Positions 1 through 11,757 of a stretch of 64,000 nt of DNA are shown here, piece by piece. The first letter of the stretch is position 1, and each line of letters begins with the position of its first letter. Where the stretch lies: positions 1 through 64,000 of the forward strand of contig MCFH01000003.1 in NCBI GenBank assembly GCA_002104945.1, in the 5' to 3' direction. A model generated the notes under the pieces. That model did no database searches and was not told the DNA's origin. It was given only the letters and a program-made list of their open reading frames with translations. The position numbers and the translations under genes were made by a program. Origin of the DNA: Piromyces finnis finn (lineage: Eukaryota > Fungi > Neocallimastigomycota).

Positions 1-244
1 TTGTTAGAAATTAATTTTAGTTAATTTCGGGGTATTTTATAATTATTTGGTATAGAATATTTTGTTGTTAAAATAGTTTAATAGTTAATAATCAATAAAT
101 AGTAATAATAAAAATATATTAGTTTGGTTAATAACTAGTTGTTAGTTTAGTAGTAGTAAATAATAAAAAGGTTAGTATAGTATAATAATAAGGTTGTTAA
201 ATTATTTATTTAATATAAGAATAAAATAATTAGGAATAGTCAAG

Positions 245-3166
245 TTGAATAGTATAAATAATTGGGATATTAAATATTGGTTGACTATTTGTTGTTTATT
301 AAGTAGTAATATGAGTACTAGATATAGAATGTTAGACAACCGTGACGATGGAATAGCTGGAGTCAGTGACGCAGGCTCTGAGGCGAGTTCCATGATGGAT
401 ATTGAGGATGAGACTGGTAAAAGCGTTAACACCAGGGGAAAACTCATCCCAAAACCTCCAAGATTTTCGGGAAAAAGAAGTGAACTTCTTTACTTCCTGG
501 CAAGATTGGAGAAATACTTTAAATATAACTTGGAAGAAGATGCTACCGACGCCTACAAGCTGGATATCTTGGGATGCTACCTGGAAGGAACCGCCGCCGA
601 ATGGTTTGCCGACTTAGAAAGAGAAGAAAGCCCCCTGTTGAACTCTTACGAAGACTTTATCGAGGCAATGAAGGCTCGCTACAAAACTTGCAACAGTGCC
701 GATGTAGCCAATAGTCGACTTGCAAAATTGAAGTCAAGTCAATTCAAGAACGTCATGGACTACTGCGAGGAATTTGAAAAGATGGCTAGAGACTCGTCCT
801 TTAATGATGAAGCAAAGATCCATTTCTTTATGGAAGGTTTACCAACTTCAGTCAAGGAAAAAGCGAAGCTCCTTTACCCAAGAATTAGAAAGATAACTGA
901 GTTAATTAATGTTGTTGCTGCCAATGTAGAAGTAGAATGGAAAGTCTTCGGAAAGGATCCTATGGATGTCGACGGAAAGAAGAACCGAAGATATAACAGA
1001 GACTTAGGATCAAGGTACCTCTCTTATGGTGTAAAATATAGAAATTATGTAGACCAAGAAAACCCTACCACCTCAGCTAAGCCTAGAAAATGTTTCTTCT
1101 GCAAAAGGACTGGACATATTAAGAAGGATTGTCCTCAACTTAAGGATAAGGTTATAAATAGACCAAAAGCATTCATGGCTACTACCGCTGGAAGAAGAAT
1201 GTTAAATGTTTACGATATTCTGTTACAAGTTAATAATGGTGTTTATCTTAAGGCTCTTGTGGATTCTGGTTCGGACTTGGACTTTTTGGATTGGAAGGCC
1301 GTTGATAAGTACAAGATTCCATTCCAAAGAATGTTTAAGGATAAATATGTTGAAGGTATAGGTGGTAATGGATTTTTGAAGTATGAAACAATTCCTTTGA
1401 TAATGAATATCAAGAATCATAAGGAATCCATTCAATTCTACCTTACTGATCTTCCTTCTGGTATTTCTGTCATTCTGGGTAAGAATTGGTTAAGAAAACA
1501 CGATCCTACAATTAGCTTTAAGGATCAAACTCTTGAATTCAAATCCGAATTCTGTTCTTTGAATTGCTGTGCTACTCCAGAAGACATGAAAAGAAGAAAT
1601 CAAGAAGCACAATTGGCCAAAGAAGAAGAAAGAAGAAAAGAAAAGGAACTCGTACAAGAAATACTTAACAATTATAAGAATAGTTTAAGAATTAGAGAAA
1701 GTGAAATTAAGAACAAAGAAAATATAAAAATTATAGATAAAAATAAGAATTCATGTATTAAAAAGAAATGTAGTAAAAACTTAAAATTAAATAAAAAGAA
1801 TGTTCAAAAGTATATTGTATGTAGTGTTATTTCAAATGAAGGAAATAAAGGTGAAGATGTTGAAGAAAGTGTTGTAGAAATTCCTGATGTATATAAGGAA
1901 TTTGAAAGTGTATTTGATGAAGTTGAGTGTAATGAACTACCTCCACATCGAATATACGATTGTAAAATAAGATTGAAAGATAAAGATAACTTATTTTATG
2001 GTCCTTTATACCCTCTAACAGAAGAAGAAAGGAATACGCTAAAGGAGTATATTTCTGAAAATCTAGAAAAAGGATTTATAAGACCGTCTACTTCACCTGC
2101 TGGAGCACCTGTGCTATTTGTTAGGAAAAAGGATGGAACTTTAAGATTGTGTGTTGACTACCGAAGACTCAATGAAAACACAATCAGGGATTCATATCCA
2201 CTACCTCTCATATCTGAATTATTCGATAGATTAAGAGAAGCCAAAGTTTTTACTAAACTTGATCTCAAGTCTGCTTATAATCTAGTTCGAATAAATGAAG
2301 GTGATGAATATAAGACTGCATTTAGGACAAGATTTGGTCACTTTGAATATCTTGTCATGCCGTTTGGATTAAAAAACGCTCCTGCAACTTTCCAACATTT
2401 TATCAATGATGTTCTCGGGGAATACTTGGATGAATTCGCCTTTTCTTATATTGATGATATTCTTATCTATTCGAAAAACTTGGAAGAACACCGAAAGCAT
2501 GTAAAGAAAGTTCTTCAAAGATTAAAAGAAAATGGTCTTTATGCGAAACTTAGCAAATGTGAATTTGAAACTTCAGAAACTACTTTCTTAGGGCATGTTA
2601 TCTCAGATAAGGGAATCTCTATGGATCCAAAAAAGGTTAAAGCTATTATGGAATGGCCTGTGCCAACATCTGTTAAAGAAGTTCAGTCGTTTATTGGATT
2701 ATGCAATTATTATAGAAGATTTATTCCAAACTTTGCTAGTATTGCTAAACCGTTACATAATCTAACTAAGAAAGATGTCAATTTTCATTGGCCAGAAGAA
2801 TGTAATGAAGCTTTTTGTATATTAAAGAAATTCTTTACCGAGGAACCAATTTTAATTCATGCTGATCCTGAATTACCTTTTGTGGTTGAGACAGATGCAA
2901 GTAATTTCGCAATCGGTGCCGTATTATCTCAAAGATTACCGGATAATAACGAGCTTCATCCAATTTGTTATTATTCAAGAGGATTGACTAAATCGGAAAA
3001 GAACTACCCAATTTATGATAAGGAACTTTTGGCTGTTATTGAAGCTTTGAAACAATGGAGACATTACTTAGAAGGAGCTAAGCATCAATTTATGATCTAC
3101 ACAGATCATAAAAATCTTACTTTTCCAAGGAAGCCCGAATTATTATCGCAAAGACAAATTCGATGA
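245..3166 (+). CDS. A1 Gag-PR-RT-RNase H polyprotein, truncated by a premature TGA
   Basis: CCHC knuckle CFFCKRTGHIKKDC, protease LVDSGS, RT YIDD, RNase H ETDAS. Stop TGA at 3164-3166 is TGG (Trp) in A2. The track start is TTG; the real start may be ATG 311 or 329. Confidence 0.9.
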   Translation: MNSINNWDIKYWLTICCLLSSNMSTRYRMLDNRDDGIAGVSDAGSEASSMMDIEDETGKSVNTRGKLIPKPPRFSGKRSELLYFLARLEKYFKYNLEEDATDAYKLDILGCYLEGTAAEWFADLEREESPLLNSYEDFIEAMKARYKTCNSADVANSRLAKLKSSQFKNVMDYCEEFEKMARDSSFNDEAKIHFFMEGLPTSVKEKAKLLYPRIRKITELINVVAANVEVEWKVFGKDPMDVDGKKNRRYNRDLGSRYLSYGVKYRNYVDQENPTTSAKPRKCFFCKRTGHIKKDCPQLKDKVINRPKAFMATTAGRRMLNVYDILLQVNNGVYLKALVDSGSDLDFLDWKAVDKYKIPFQRMFKDKYVEGIGGNGFLKYETIPLIMNIKNHKESIQFYLTDLPSGISVILGKNWLRKHDPTISFKDQTLEFKSEFCSLNCCATPEDMKRRNQEAQLAKEEERRKEKELVQEILNNYKNSLRIRESEIKNKENIKIIDKNKNSCIKKKCSKNLKLNKKNVQKYIVCSVISNEGNKGEDVEESVVEIPDVYKEFESVFDEVECNELPPHRIYDCKIRLKDKDNLFYGPLYPLTEEERNTLKEYISENLEKGFIRPSTSPAGAPVLFVRKKDGTLRLCVDYRRLNENTIRDSYPLPLISELFDRLREAKVFTKLDLKSAYNLVRINEGDEYKTAFRTRFGHFEYLVMPFGLKNAPATFQHFINDVLGEYLDEFAFSYIDDILIYSKNLEEHRKHVKKVLQRLKENGLYAKLSKCEFETSETTFLGHVISDKGISMDPKKVKAIMEWPVPTSVKEVQSFIGLCNYYRRFIPNFASIAKPLHNLTKKDVNFHWPEECNEAFCILKKFFTEEPILIHADPELPFVVETDASNFAIGAVLSQRLPDNNELHPICYYSRGLTKSEKNYPIYDKELLAVIEALKQWRHYLEGAKHQFMIYTDHKNLTFPRKPELLSQRQIR

Positions 3167-3169
3167 AAT

Positions 3170-4813
3170 TTGTTCTTAACACGTTATGACTTCAAAATAC
3201 AATATAGACCGGGTAAAGAAGGTGGAAAACCTGATGCTTTTTCAAGACGCCCTGATTATGAAAAGGAAAAAATTAATAAAGAAGATGAAGAAGCTTATTC
3301 CTGTTTGACAGTCAAAGAAATTGAAGATACTTTATGTCTTGTGTCTATTCGAGGAAATCTTAAAGAAGATTTAATTAAAGAAATTAAAGAAGATGAAGAA
3401 ATTAAAGAGTTAATAAAAATACTACAAGGAAAATCTACCGCAAATAAGAAGTATAAGAAATTAATGAAAAATTTTAAGTTAAGTGAAGAAGGAATTCTTT
3501 TGTATAAAAGTTTAATTTATGTACCAAAGAAAATGAGAAATACAATAATCTCGATGCATCATGATAATCCAATTCATGGTCATTTTGGTATTATCAAAAC
3601 AAAAGAATTAATTACAAGAAACTTTGTTTGGATAAACATGACTCAAGATATAGTTAAGTTTATTGCTTCTTGTAAAGTTTGTGGAGCTGCTAAGGTTGAT
3701 CGTCATAGACCTTATGGACTTTTACAGCCGTTACCTACTCCTGAAAGACCGTGGTCTTCTGTTTCAATGGATTTTATAACTGATTTGCCAAAGTCAAAGG
3801 AAAAAACAGTTATAATGGTTGTTGTGGATAGATTAACGAAGATGGCTCACTTTATTCCGTTTAGAATGATTCCTACTGCTCAAATTGCTGCTGATGTTTT
3901 CTTTAGAGAAGTTTTTCGTTTACATGGTCTACCTGATGAAATAATATCGGATCGAGGAACCCAGTTTACTTCAGAATTTTGGCAAAGATTATGCACTTTG
4001 TTGAACATAAAGCACAATATCTCGAGTGCTCATCATCCTCAAACAGACGGGCAGACTGAACGTGTAAATAGTATTTTAGAACAATTTCTTAGATGTTATA
4101 TTAACAAAAGAAAAGATAACTGGATGAACCTTTTGCCTTATGCTGAATTTGCGTATAATAATACACTTCAGCAATCCATAAATCAAACACCATTCTTTGC
4201 AAATTATGGGCAAAATCCAAGATTTAGTACCGAAATTCCTGCTGATAGCGACAATAGAAGAGCTAACAGGCACGCCTCTCAGATGCAAGATAATATTAAA
4301 TTTTTAAAGAAGAACTTAGAAAAAGCCAAGGAAAGATATAAGAAGTATGCCGATTGTATTAGACTTATTGGACCTAAGTTAAAGGTTGGTGACTTAGTTT
4401 GGTTAAAGCGTCCTGACTTACTTCCTAAAGGACCTCCAAAATTAACAAATAAGAAACTTGGACCATTTAAGATTATTGAAAAAACAGGACCCGTTTCTTA
4501 TAAATTGGAACTATCAGAAAGTTTAAGATGTCATCCCGTTTTCCATATTTCGAACTTAGAACCTTATGTTGAAAGAGAAGTTGAAGTGAATGAATCAACT
4601 TCTAGAATTCCAAACATTGCTTCCGATTCTGCTGAAGGAAGAATTCCATTGAAGATAGTTAGTGAAAAAGTTATTAATGGAACTAAGTACTACTTTATGG
4701 TTTGGAAAAACTTATTACCTTCAGAAAGTACATGGCTTAAAGAAGATGAAATCGATGACCCTCAATTGATCCAGGAATACCTTAAACATAAGTCGCTCAG
4801 GGGCTCGACTTAA
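3170..4813 (+). CDS. A1 in-frame continuation: end of RNase H, integrase and chromodomain
   Basis: HHCC (HDNPIHGH...CKVC), D,D-35-E core, GPF motif and C-terminal chromodomain (YYFMVWKNLLPSESTW). Same frame as 245..3166. Confidence 0.9.
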   Translation: MFLTRYDFKIQYRPGKEGGKPDAFSRRPDYEKEKINKEDEEAYSCLTVKEIEDTLCLVSIRGNLKEDLIKEIKEDEEIKELIKILQGKSTANKKYKKLMKNFKLSEEGILLYKSLIYVPKKMRNTIISMHHDNPIHGHFGIIKTKELITRNFVWINMTQDIVKFIASCKVCGAAKVDRHRPYGLLQPLPTPERPWSSVSMDFITDLPKSKEKTVIMVVVDRLTKMAHFIPFRMIPTAQIAADVFFREVFRLHGLPDEIISDRGTQFTSEFWQRLCTLLNIKHNISSAHHPQTDGQTERVNSILEQFLRCYINKRKDNWMNLLPYAEFAYNNTLQQSINQTPFFANYGQNPRFSTEIPADSDNRRANRHASQMQDNIKFLKKNLEKAKERYKKYADCIRLIGPKLKVGDLVWLKRPDLLPKGPPKLTNKKLGPFKIIEKTGPVSYKLELSESLRCHPVFHISNLEPYVEREVEVNESTSRIPNIASDSAEGRIPLKIVSEKVINGTKYYFMVWKNLLPSESTWLKEDEIDDPQLIQEYLKHKSLRGST

Positions 4814-4824
4814 GAAGAGGGGCA

Positions 4825-5635
4825 TGTAAAATATTGTATTAATAGAATAATGTATTTTAATACGTATTTAAAATAATGTACAATGTATCGAATTAATGTA
4901 CCGTAAATCTTTACAAAATTTATATCACAATACATTAACATAAATCTATGTGAAATCTAAAGTTACGATAAAATAATGTATTACAATACATTAACATAAA
5001 TTTATGTAAATTTAATTTTATGATAAGATAAAGTTTTTGATGATAAAATAAATTTTTTAAATTAAATAATTTTTAACCAATAAATATTTTAGATAAGAAA
5101 AAATTTTTTTTATAAACTAAGCCTCAAAATTAGAAATAAATAAATTAAATATATGTTTGAAATATAATCAACCATATAGTAAATAAATCAAAACTTTATT
5201 TTAAGTTTAGAAAATTCTTTAGTAAATAAATTGAATTTAAATAGTTTAATACAAATAAATTCTTTTAATAAATGCATAAATGTAAACAATGTAAAATTAT
5301 AATATTAAAACATGTATATTAGAATTTATTCAATTTATTTAAAAAGTATAAATAAAGAAAATTTTTCAACTATTGAAACGATAGTTGGAAAATCGTATAG
5401 TTTAGTTATATAGTTAGTTTAGATTATTAGTTTTAATTTAATTAGTTAATAATTGATTACCTAGTGAGGGCTCTGGTGAAATAACCTTCACGGTAAAGTA
5501 ATCAACGGTTGTTTTAGTTTAGTTTAGTTTAATATAATTTAATAAATAAATAAAGTTTAATAATAAATAAATTTATAACTAGTGTTAGTTTGATTTAGTG
5601 TATACAAACCTGAACTTAGAATAGAATATTTTACA
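4825..5635 (+). repeat. A-family LTR, variant X (811 bp), 3' LTR of A1
   Basis: TGTAAAATATT...AATATTTTACA termini, internal duplication of CAATACATTAACATAAAT, followed by CCTCC. Near-identical to 57735-58545. Confidence 0.95.
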
Positions 5636-5937
5636 CCTCCTCCAGGATTCGGATACCAGACGAATCTAGAATTTTAATATTTAAATATATGTTTTTCTTT
5701 TTTAATAAACTAAACTAAGGAGTGAATTTTCTTAATTATAAAAATACATTTAATATAATAAAATACATTTTTTTTTAATATTACTAAAGTTAAAAATAAA
5801 ATATTGATAAATTTGATATTAATAAATTGTTTAATAATAAAATTGATATTGATAATGATATTAATAAGTTTTGATAATAATAATAATTGTGATTTTAATA
5901 TTAATAATAAATATAATTTGAATTTTTTAACTATTTT

Positions 5938-8900
5938 TTATTTCTTTCTATTAAATTTTTTAAGTAGCCCCTTGCAATTTAGATTTTCTTCAGGCTCCCA
6001 CGAAGCTTCATTGATTGAATACCCTTTCCATTTAATCAGGTATTGTATTTTTCCGTAATGTCTTCTTTTATCCAGAATTTCTTCAACTTTGTATTCTTCT
6101 TCATTGTCAACGGTAATAGGTGGCGGTGGTGGTTGAGATCTTCCAAATTTATCTTCGACATATTTCTCGAGATTGGATACATGAATAACTGGATGAATCT
6201 TAATAGATTTTGGGAGACTTAATTTAAATGTAATATTTGATATTTTTTCCAAGATTTTGTATGGGCCGAGTTTTCTTGGCTTAAATTTTTTATTTCCTTT
6301 GTGGATAATTAAAGAACTATCCAGCCAAACTTTGTCACCAACTTTAAAATTCGGAGCTTCTTTTCTACGTTTGTCAGCATGCTTCTTCTGGGTTTCCATG
6401 GCAGATTTTAAATTTTCTTTTAAGGTATTAATTAAAGTTTTAAAATCTCTTGTAAACTCTTCTGCTCTTGGGACTTTAGATAAGTCTGGAATAACTGGTG
6501 AATATTTTGGATGAAAGCCGTAATTCAAAAAGAATGGAGAAAATTTGGATGATTCTTGAACCACGTTGTTATAACTAAATTCTGCAAGACTAAGAAAACT
6601 TTTCCAATTTGAACCTTTATAATTTGAGAAACATCTTAAATATTGTTCTATAACGGAGTTCACCCTCTCCGTCTGACCGTTTGATTGATGATGAAATGGA
6701 GTAGACAACTTAAGTTCAATGCCAAGGGAGGAACAGATGGATTGGAAGAATTTAGAGGTAAATTGAGAACCTCTATCCGAGACAATAGATTCAGGTAGGC
6801 CATGAAGACGGAAAATATTATCAATAAAGGCTGTGGCTGTTTCGGCGGCGGAAGGAATACTTTTGAACGGAATGAGATGAACCATTTTTGTAAGACGATC
6901 AACAACAACAAGAATGCAAGTGAAACCAGAAGATGAAGGCAAATCTGTAATGAAATCCATTGAAATGGATGACCAAGGACGCTCAGCAATAACAAGAGGA
7001 TTCAGAAGACCATAAGGTTTATGACGAAAGGTTTTTGAACGACAACAAACTTCACAAGAACGAACGTAGTCTTTAACATCAGAAGAAATAGAAGGCCACC
7101 AGAAGTCTCTAGCAATAAGAGAAGATGTTTTCTTTATTCCGAAATGACCAGCTGAAGGAGAGTCGTGACAGAGTTTAAGAATTGAAAGACGACAATTAGG
7201 AGGAACATAGATTCTGTCAGTAAAAAGGAGAAAACTATTGCTTAAGGAAAATTTGTCAATTTGAGGGTGAGGTATTGGAGGTTTCCTACAATCAAGATAT
7301 TCACAGATTTTATTGTAAAAGTCATCAATTATATATTCGGAAAGAAAAGAATCACTAATGGACGAAACAGAAGTCACAATGGCACAAAAATTTTCAGGGC
7401 GAAGAACATTAAAAGGAACATCAGAAGAGGAATTCGAATTGATAGCATAATCAGGACGACGAGATAGAGCATCAGGCTTACCGTTAGAAGAACCAGAACG
7501 ATAAATAATAACAAAGTTAAATTCAGAGAGAAACAAAGCCCAGCGAACAAGACGTTGAGACATTTTTTCAGGTTTCTTTTGATAGAGTAAATTTCGATGA
7601 TCCGAGTAAATCTTAAAAGTAGAAGAAGAGCCTTTAAGTAGATGACGCCATGTTTCAAGAGCAGCAACGATAGCTAAGAGCTCTTTATCATATATTGGAT
7701 AATTACGTTCAGGACCAGTAAGAGAGCGAGAAAAGAAAGCAACTGGATGGGTCATATTATCAATTGGAGAGACTTGCGAGAGAATAGCACCAATGGCAAA
7801 GTTACTTGAATCAGTTTCGACTATGAATGGAAGTTCACGATTAGGAAATATAAGAACAGGAGCAGAAACAAATAAGGACTTGAGTGAATCGAAAGCATCT
7901 TGAGCTTCTTTAGACCATACAAATTTAACATTTTTCTTCAAAAGTTTATGCAAAGGATGAGCGATCTTTGCAAAATTTGGAATAAATCGACGGTAGTAGT
8001 TCGCAAGACCAAGAAAAGATTGAACCTCTTTAACATTAGATGGAGTAGGCCAGTTTAAAATAGAAGAAACTTTATTTGGGTCCATGTGAATACCATCAGT
8101 AGAAATCCTATGACCAAGGAAAACAATAAAAGAAACAAAGAACTCGCATTTTTCCAATTTAGCATAGAGCCCAGCATCCCTCAGGTGTTTCAAAACAGTT
8201 TTGACATGAGATATATGAGATTTATAATCCGAGGAAAAAATAATAATATCATCTATGTAAGAGAAAGCGAATTTACCAAGAACGTCTTCAAGAACATCAT
8301 TAATGAAATGTTGAGAAACAGCAGGTGCATTTTTCAACCCAAAAGGCATCACACAGTATTCAAAATGACCTAACTTGCAAGTAAAAGCGGTTTTATATTC
8401 ATCACCACTTTTAATCCTGACCAAGTTATAGGCAGAACGAAGATCCAATTTTGAGAAAATCTTCCCTTTTCCAAGATGTTCAAGCATATCTTGTATAAGA
8501 GGAAGGGGATAAGAATCACGAATAGTTATGGAGTTTAATTGGCGATAGTCAACACACATACGAAGTTGACCGTTTTTCTTAGGTACAAACAGAATAGGAG
8601 CTCCCGCAGGCGATTTTGATTTTCTAATAAATCCTTTCTTGAGATTTTCTTTTATATATTCTTCTAAAGCAATTGATTCGGTTTCTGTTAGAGGATAAAT
8701 CGGTCCATAAAACAGTTTTGAATTTTCTTTGAGTTTTATTTCACAATCGTATGGACGGTGTGGAGGAAGTTTTTCAGCATTAGATTCATTGAAGACATCA
8801 GCAAAGTCAGAGAGAACATCCGGAAGTATAATAGAATAATTGGGTTCTGATTTAGAGTTTGAATCGGATTTGAGAATAGAATTGGATTGAATATTAGAAT

Positions 8901-10380
8901 CAGAAAAAGAAGTCAAAACAGAAGTTGGTTCTTGATTTGAGAGAGACGAAGTAGAAAAGTTAACAGAAGACTTCTTAGAAACAGAATTGTTAATATTTTT
9001 TGAAGAACCCGAACAGAGAATAGTACAAGTACGATTAGTTTCGTTTTGAGATTGGATGTTTTGTTTATCGACAAATATAGGGTAAGCGAATGAATCATGC
9101 GGAGGTTCGTAGGAAGGATCTTCCATTGCAGGAAAAGCAGATCTTTCTTCAGGAAATTCAGGGACATTATTGGAGAGTGTTATACAACGATTATAACAGT
9201 AATCGGATACAAATGAAATTTTGTTCTTTGTGAAATCGATAGAAGGATTGTGTTCTTTAAGCCAGTCTATTCCAAGAATACAAGGATAATAAGGTAGATC
9301 AGTTACATAGAATTGTGTTCGACAGAGATGATCTTTGTAGCGAAGATTCAAAGGAGATGTAATTCCAAAAAGAGATTGTCGACCACCGATACCAACGATA
9401 TTTGGGAGGTTACCATCATCATGATAAGGAATGTTATTATCGTTACAGTAATCTACATCAATTAAATTAAGTTTGGATCCTGAGTCAATAAGAATATCCG
9501 TATTTAGTTCATAAGAAAGTTTAAATTTAGTTGTCATTTTATTATGAGTTTTGTTTTCTTCTTTAGGAGCGGATATAAGTGTGGGAATAGATATTAGTGA
9601 AGGATTTTCACGATCTTTATTCTTTCTTTTTAGACAATTATTAAGCTTATGACTTGAAGCACCACAATACACACAAAGATTTTCTTTCTTTCTTCTTTCC
9701 TTTTCTTCGTTTGAGATAGGGCCATGGTTATTCCTGTTTGTAATGGACTTTGTTATTTTTGAAGAGTGATGAAAAGATCTTTTCTTTCGGTTTTGGTCAT
9801 TGTTTGAACCAGAAGGGAAAAAGGTATGATGTGTAGATAGTCTTGAATCGATTCTTGAAGCAATAGTCTGTAATGAAAGAAGATCCCTAGGACCCGGAAA
9901 CATTTCCAAAATACGAACGGCAACTTGTTGATTAAGGCCAGCTATAAATGCATCCATTTTGGCTTGTTCATTCCAGTTTGATTCATCAGCATAGCGGTTA
10001 AATTCCAAGATATAGCCTCTAATTCCTCCTAATCGGCGTTGTTTTAAGGTTCTAAGCATTTGATTTGCAACATAGGTAGCATCGTTATATCCATAAAAAG
10101 CCTTAAATCTGTCAACAAAAGCTTGGTAGTTATTAAGACACGGATCATGGTTGTTTATAAGAGTAGCAGCCCAGTTCATAGCGTCCCCATAAAGTCTTGA
10201 TATTATGTAGAGAATTTTGGTTGCGTCGTCTTGATACCGTTCAGGATATAGCATAAACACTAGCTCCACCTTAGCTAAGAAACCCTTCAGATACCTGCGA
10301 TCCCCTGCAAAACCATCCTTAAGAGTTGCGTTTTCGAAAATATTATTATTATCCATATGGTTGTTTTCGTTCTCTTCCAT
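5938..10380 (-). CDS. B Gag-Pol polyprotein (1480 aa, intact) with chromodomain integrase
   Basis: [18 protein letters not shown], protease LIDSGS, RT YIDD, RNase H ETDSS, integrase [15 protein letters not shown] and chromodomain [25 protein letters not shown]. Confidence 0.96.
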   Translation of the reverse strand: MEENENNHMDNNNIFENATLKDGFAGDRRYLKGFLAKVELVFMLYPERYQDDATKILYIISRLYGDAMNWAATLINNHDPCLNNYQAFVDRFKAFYGYNDATYVANQMLRTLKQRRLGGIRGYILEFNRYADESNWNEQAKMDAFIAGLNQQVAVRILEMFPGPRDLLSLQTIASRIDSRLSTHHTFFPSGSNNDQNRKKRSFHHSSKITKSITNRNNHGPISNEEKERRKKENLCVYCGASSHKLNNCLKRKNKDRENPSLISIPTLISAPKEENKTHNKMTTKFKLSYELNTDILIDSGSKLNLIDVDYCNDNNIPYHDDGNLPNIVGIGGRQSLFGITSPLNLRYKDHLCRTQFYVTDLPYYPCILGIDWLKEHNPSIDFTKNKISFVSDYCYNRCITLSNNVPEFPEERSAFPAMEDPSYEPPHDSFAYPIFVDKQNIQSQNETNRTCTILCSGSSKNINNSVSKKSSVNFSTSSLSNQEPTSVLTSFSDSNIQSNSILKSDSNSKSEPNYSIILPDVLSDFADVFNESNAEKLPPHRPYDCEIKLKENSKLFYGPIYPLTETESIALEEYIKENLKKGFIRKSKSPAGAPILFVPKKNGQLRMCVDYRQLNSITIRDSYPLPLIQDMLEHLGKGKIFSKLDLRSAYNLVRIKSGDEYKTAFTCKLGHFEYCVMPFGLKNAPAVSQHFINDVLEDVLGKFAFSYIDDIIIFSSDYKSHISHVKTVLKHLRDAGLYAKLEKCEFFVSFIVFLGHRISTDGIHMDPNKVSSILNWPTPSNVKEVQSFLGLANYYRRFIPNFAKIAHPLHKLLKKNVKFVWSKEAQDAFDSLKSLFVSAPVLIFPNRELPFIVETDSSNFAIGAILSQVSPIDNMTHPVAFFSRSLTGPERNYPIYDKELLAIVAALETWRHLLKGSSSTFKIYSDHRNLLYQKKPEKMSQRLVRWALFLSEFNFVIIYRSGSSNGKPDALSRRPDYAINSNSSSDVPFNVLRPENFCAIVTSVSSISDSFLSEYIIDDFYNKICEYLDCRKPPIPHPQIDKFSLSNSFLLFTDRIYVPPNCRLSILKLCHDSPSAGHFGIKKTSSLIARDFWWPSISSDVKDYVRSCEVCCRSKTFRHKPYGLLNPLVIAERPWSSISMDFITDLPSSSGFTCILVVVDRLTKMVHLIPFKSIPSAAETATAFIDNIFRLHGLPESIVSDRGSQFTSKFFQSICSSLGIELKLSTPFHHQSNGQTERVNSVIEQYLRCFSNYKGSNWKSFLSLAEFSYNNVVQESSKFSPFFLNYGFHPKYSPVIPDLSKVPRAEEFTRDFKTLINTLKENLKSAMETQKKHADKRRKEAPNFKVGDKVWLDSSLIIHKGNKKFKPRKLGPYKILEKISNITFKLSLPKSIKIHPVIHVSNLEKYVEDKFGRSQPPPPPITVDNEEEYKVEEILDKRRHYGKIQYLIKWKGYSINEASWEPEENLNCKGLLKKFNRKK

Positions 10381-10487
10381 AGTACTTATGATGTTTTCTT
10401 TAATAAGCTTTAATAAATTTGTAAAAATAATAGAATAAAGTATTTAATTATATTTATTAATTGAGTAAATCTTTTTATTAAATAATA

Positions 10488-11195
10488 ATATAAACCAGAT
10501 TATATAGTGTTAAACCATCAAATATATAACCTGTTTTATTCTTTATAATAAGTCCTTCGTAGCTCTTCACGATAACACGTATAAAGTCGATTGTTAATAT
10601 TAATTAAATTAATAAAAGAAAGGAACGGTGTAAAAATTTTTTTTAGTGTCTAACTTATTGTTAGCAATAAAAATTATTACAGGTTTTCTTTCCCTATATC
10701 AACCTTATCCGAACGTAGAAGTATTATGTATAAGAGTTTAACTTCTCACGCTAAAGGAGTTATAAAGAATATTATTTTATATTATTACAATTTTAATAAA
10801 TTGTCTTAACAATTAATAATTATAATTAAAAATTAGAAATTGTTTTATTAGAAAACTTAATTTTAAAATGTATTAATTAAGAAATATTATTTTATTAAAG
10901 TAAGGCATTTCCGGCTATTTTCCGGTCTATAATCAAACAGCAAAAGATAGTATACAACTATAAATCTCACGCCAGCTTGCTTATTACAGCGTCTTGTACG
11001 TGGTGTACCTCGGATTCTCCTACTTCCTTATTCAAAGTAGAATAGCTCAGAGCCTGCCAACCCAATTATTGTACAGGTTAAACTCGATCCCGTTAATCTT
11101 TTACTTTTTATAGTTTGAATTATATACCGCTTCTAAAGCGTACTAATTCTACTACTTTAAGTAAAAATATTTCTTTAAAGAAAAGCTTCAACAAT
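10488..11195 (-). ncRNA. Candidate conserved structured RNA in the B 5' leader (homologous to 41711-42410)
   Basis: Two conserved blocks shared with the F leader, including 21 identical nt GAATTAGTACGCTTTAGAAGC and several covarying helices. Confidence 0.7.
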
Positions 11196-11271
11196 AAAAC
11201 TTAAAAGTTTTATCTATAACAATTTCTTAAACACTAAGGTATTAAGCTTTTATATTATAAGGAGATTTTAT

Positions 11272-11712
11272 TGTAAAGAAATGTGTCTTTAACAATAAAA
11301 ACAAATTATAATATTTACTAAATAACTTAGTAATATTAACACTTTAAAATATTCTGTAAATTATTAATTTATAAAAATATCATTAAAAACACATAGAATT
11401 TAACTTAATAAGTTAGTGTTTAATAATATAATTATTTATTAATAAAATCTCGATTCTTTAAAATATTTGGGAAAATTCACTCGTATTTATACTAAAAATT
11501 TTTTAAATTAATTTATAAAATTTTTTCAACTTAAAATTCTTAACCAATCAATAATCTTCATATAAAATAAAATTTAAAAATAAAATAAAATAAAATAAAA
11601 TTATAATTTTTTTTAAAATAGTATCTATGAGGTCTCAAACTAGTGTCATTCAGACTCAAAGTCTTAGCTATTAACCACTAAGACAATTTAGTTATTTCTA
11701 GTATTCATTACA
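11272..11712 (-). repeat. B 5' LTR (441 bp)
   Basis: TGTAATGAA...TTCTTTACA termini in element orientation. Matches 58555-58995. Confidence 0.93.
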
Positions 11713-11757
11713 ATTAACAATACTTCAACAATATATATTAATATATTCCAATATATT

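Larger units (their letters stand above)
1..5635 (+). mobile_element. Ty3/gypsy chromovirus element A1 (5' LTR lies upstream of the window)
   Basis: 5' UTR, gag-pol, polypurine tract AAGAAGAGGGG (4812-4822) and 3' LTR 4825-5635. Homologous to the inverted copy A2 at 51940-58545. Confidence 0.95.
5636..11712 (-). mobile_element. Ty3/gypsy chromovirus element B (3' LTR displaced to 58555-58995)
   Basis: 5' LTR 11272-11712, self-priming PBS 11262-11271, 890-nt leader, intact ORF, 3' UTR ending in half of the PPT (GGAGGAGG) at the A1 LTR junction. TSD TTAAT is shared with 58996-59000. Confidence 0.92.

Noticed and set aside
3164-3169. Programmed readthrough of in-frame stops in A1 (TGA), C (TGA) and D (TAA)
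   Set aside because: A2 has TGG at the A1 site, C's stop comes from a 6-bp duplication, and D's replaces a conserved Lys. None has a readthrough context, so these are ordinary inactivating mutations.
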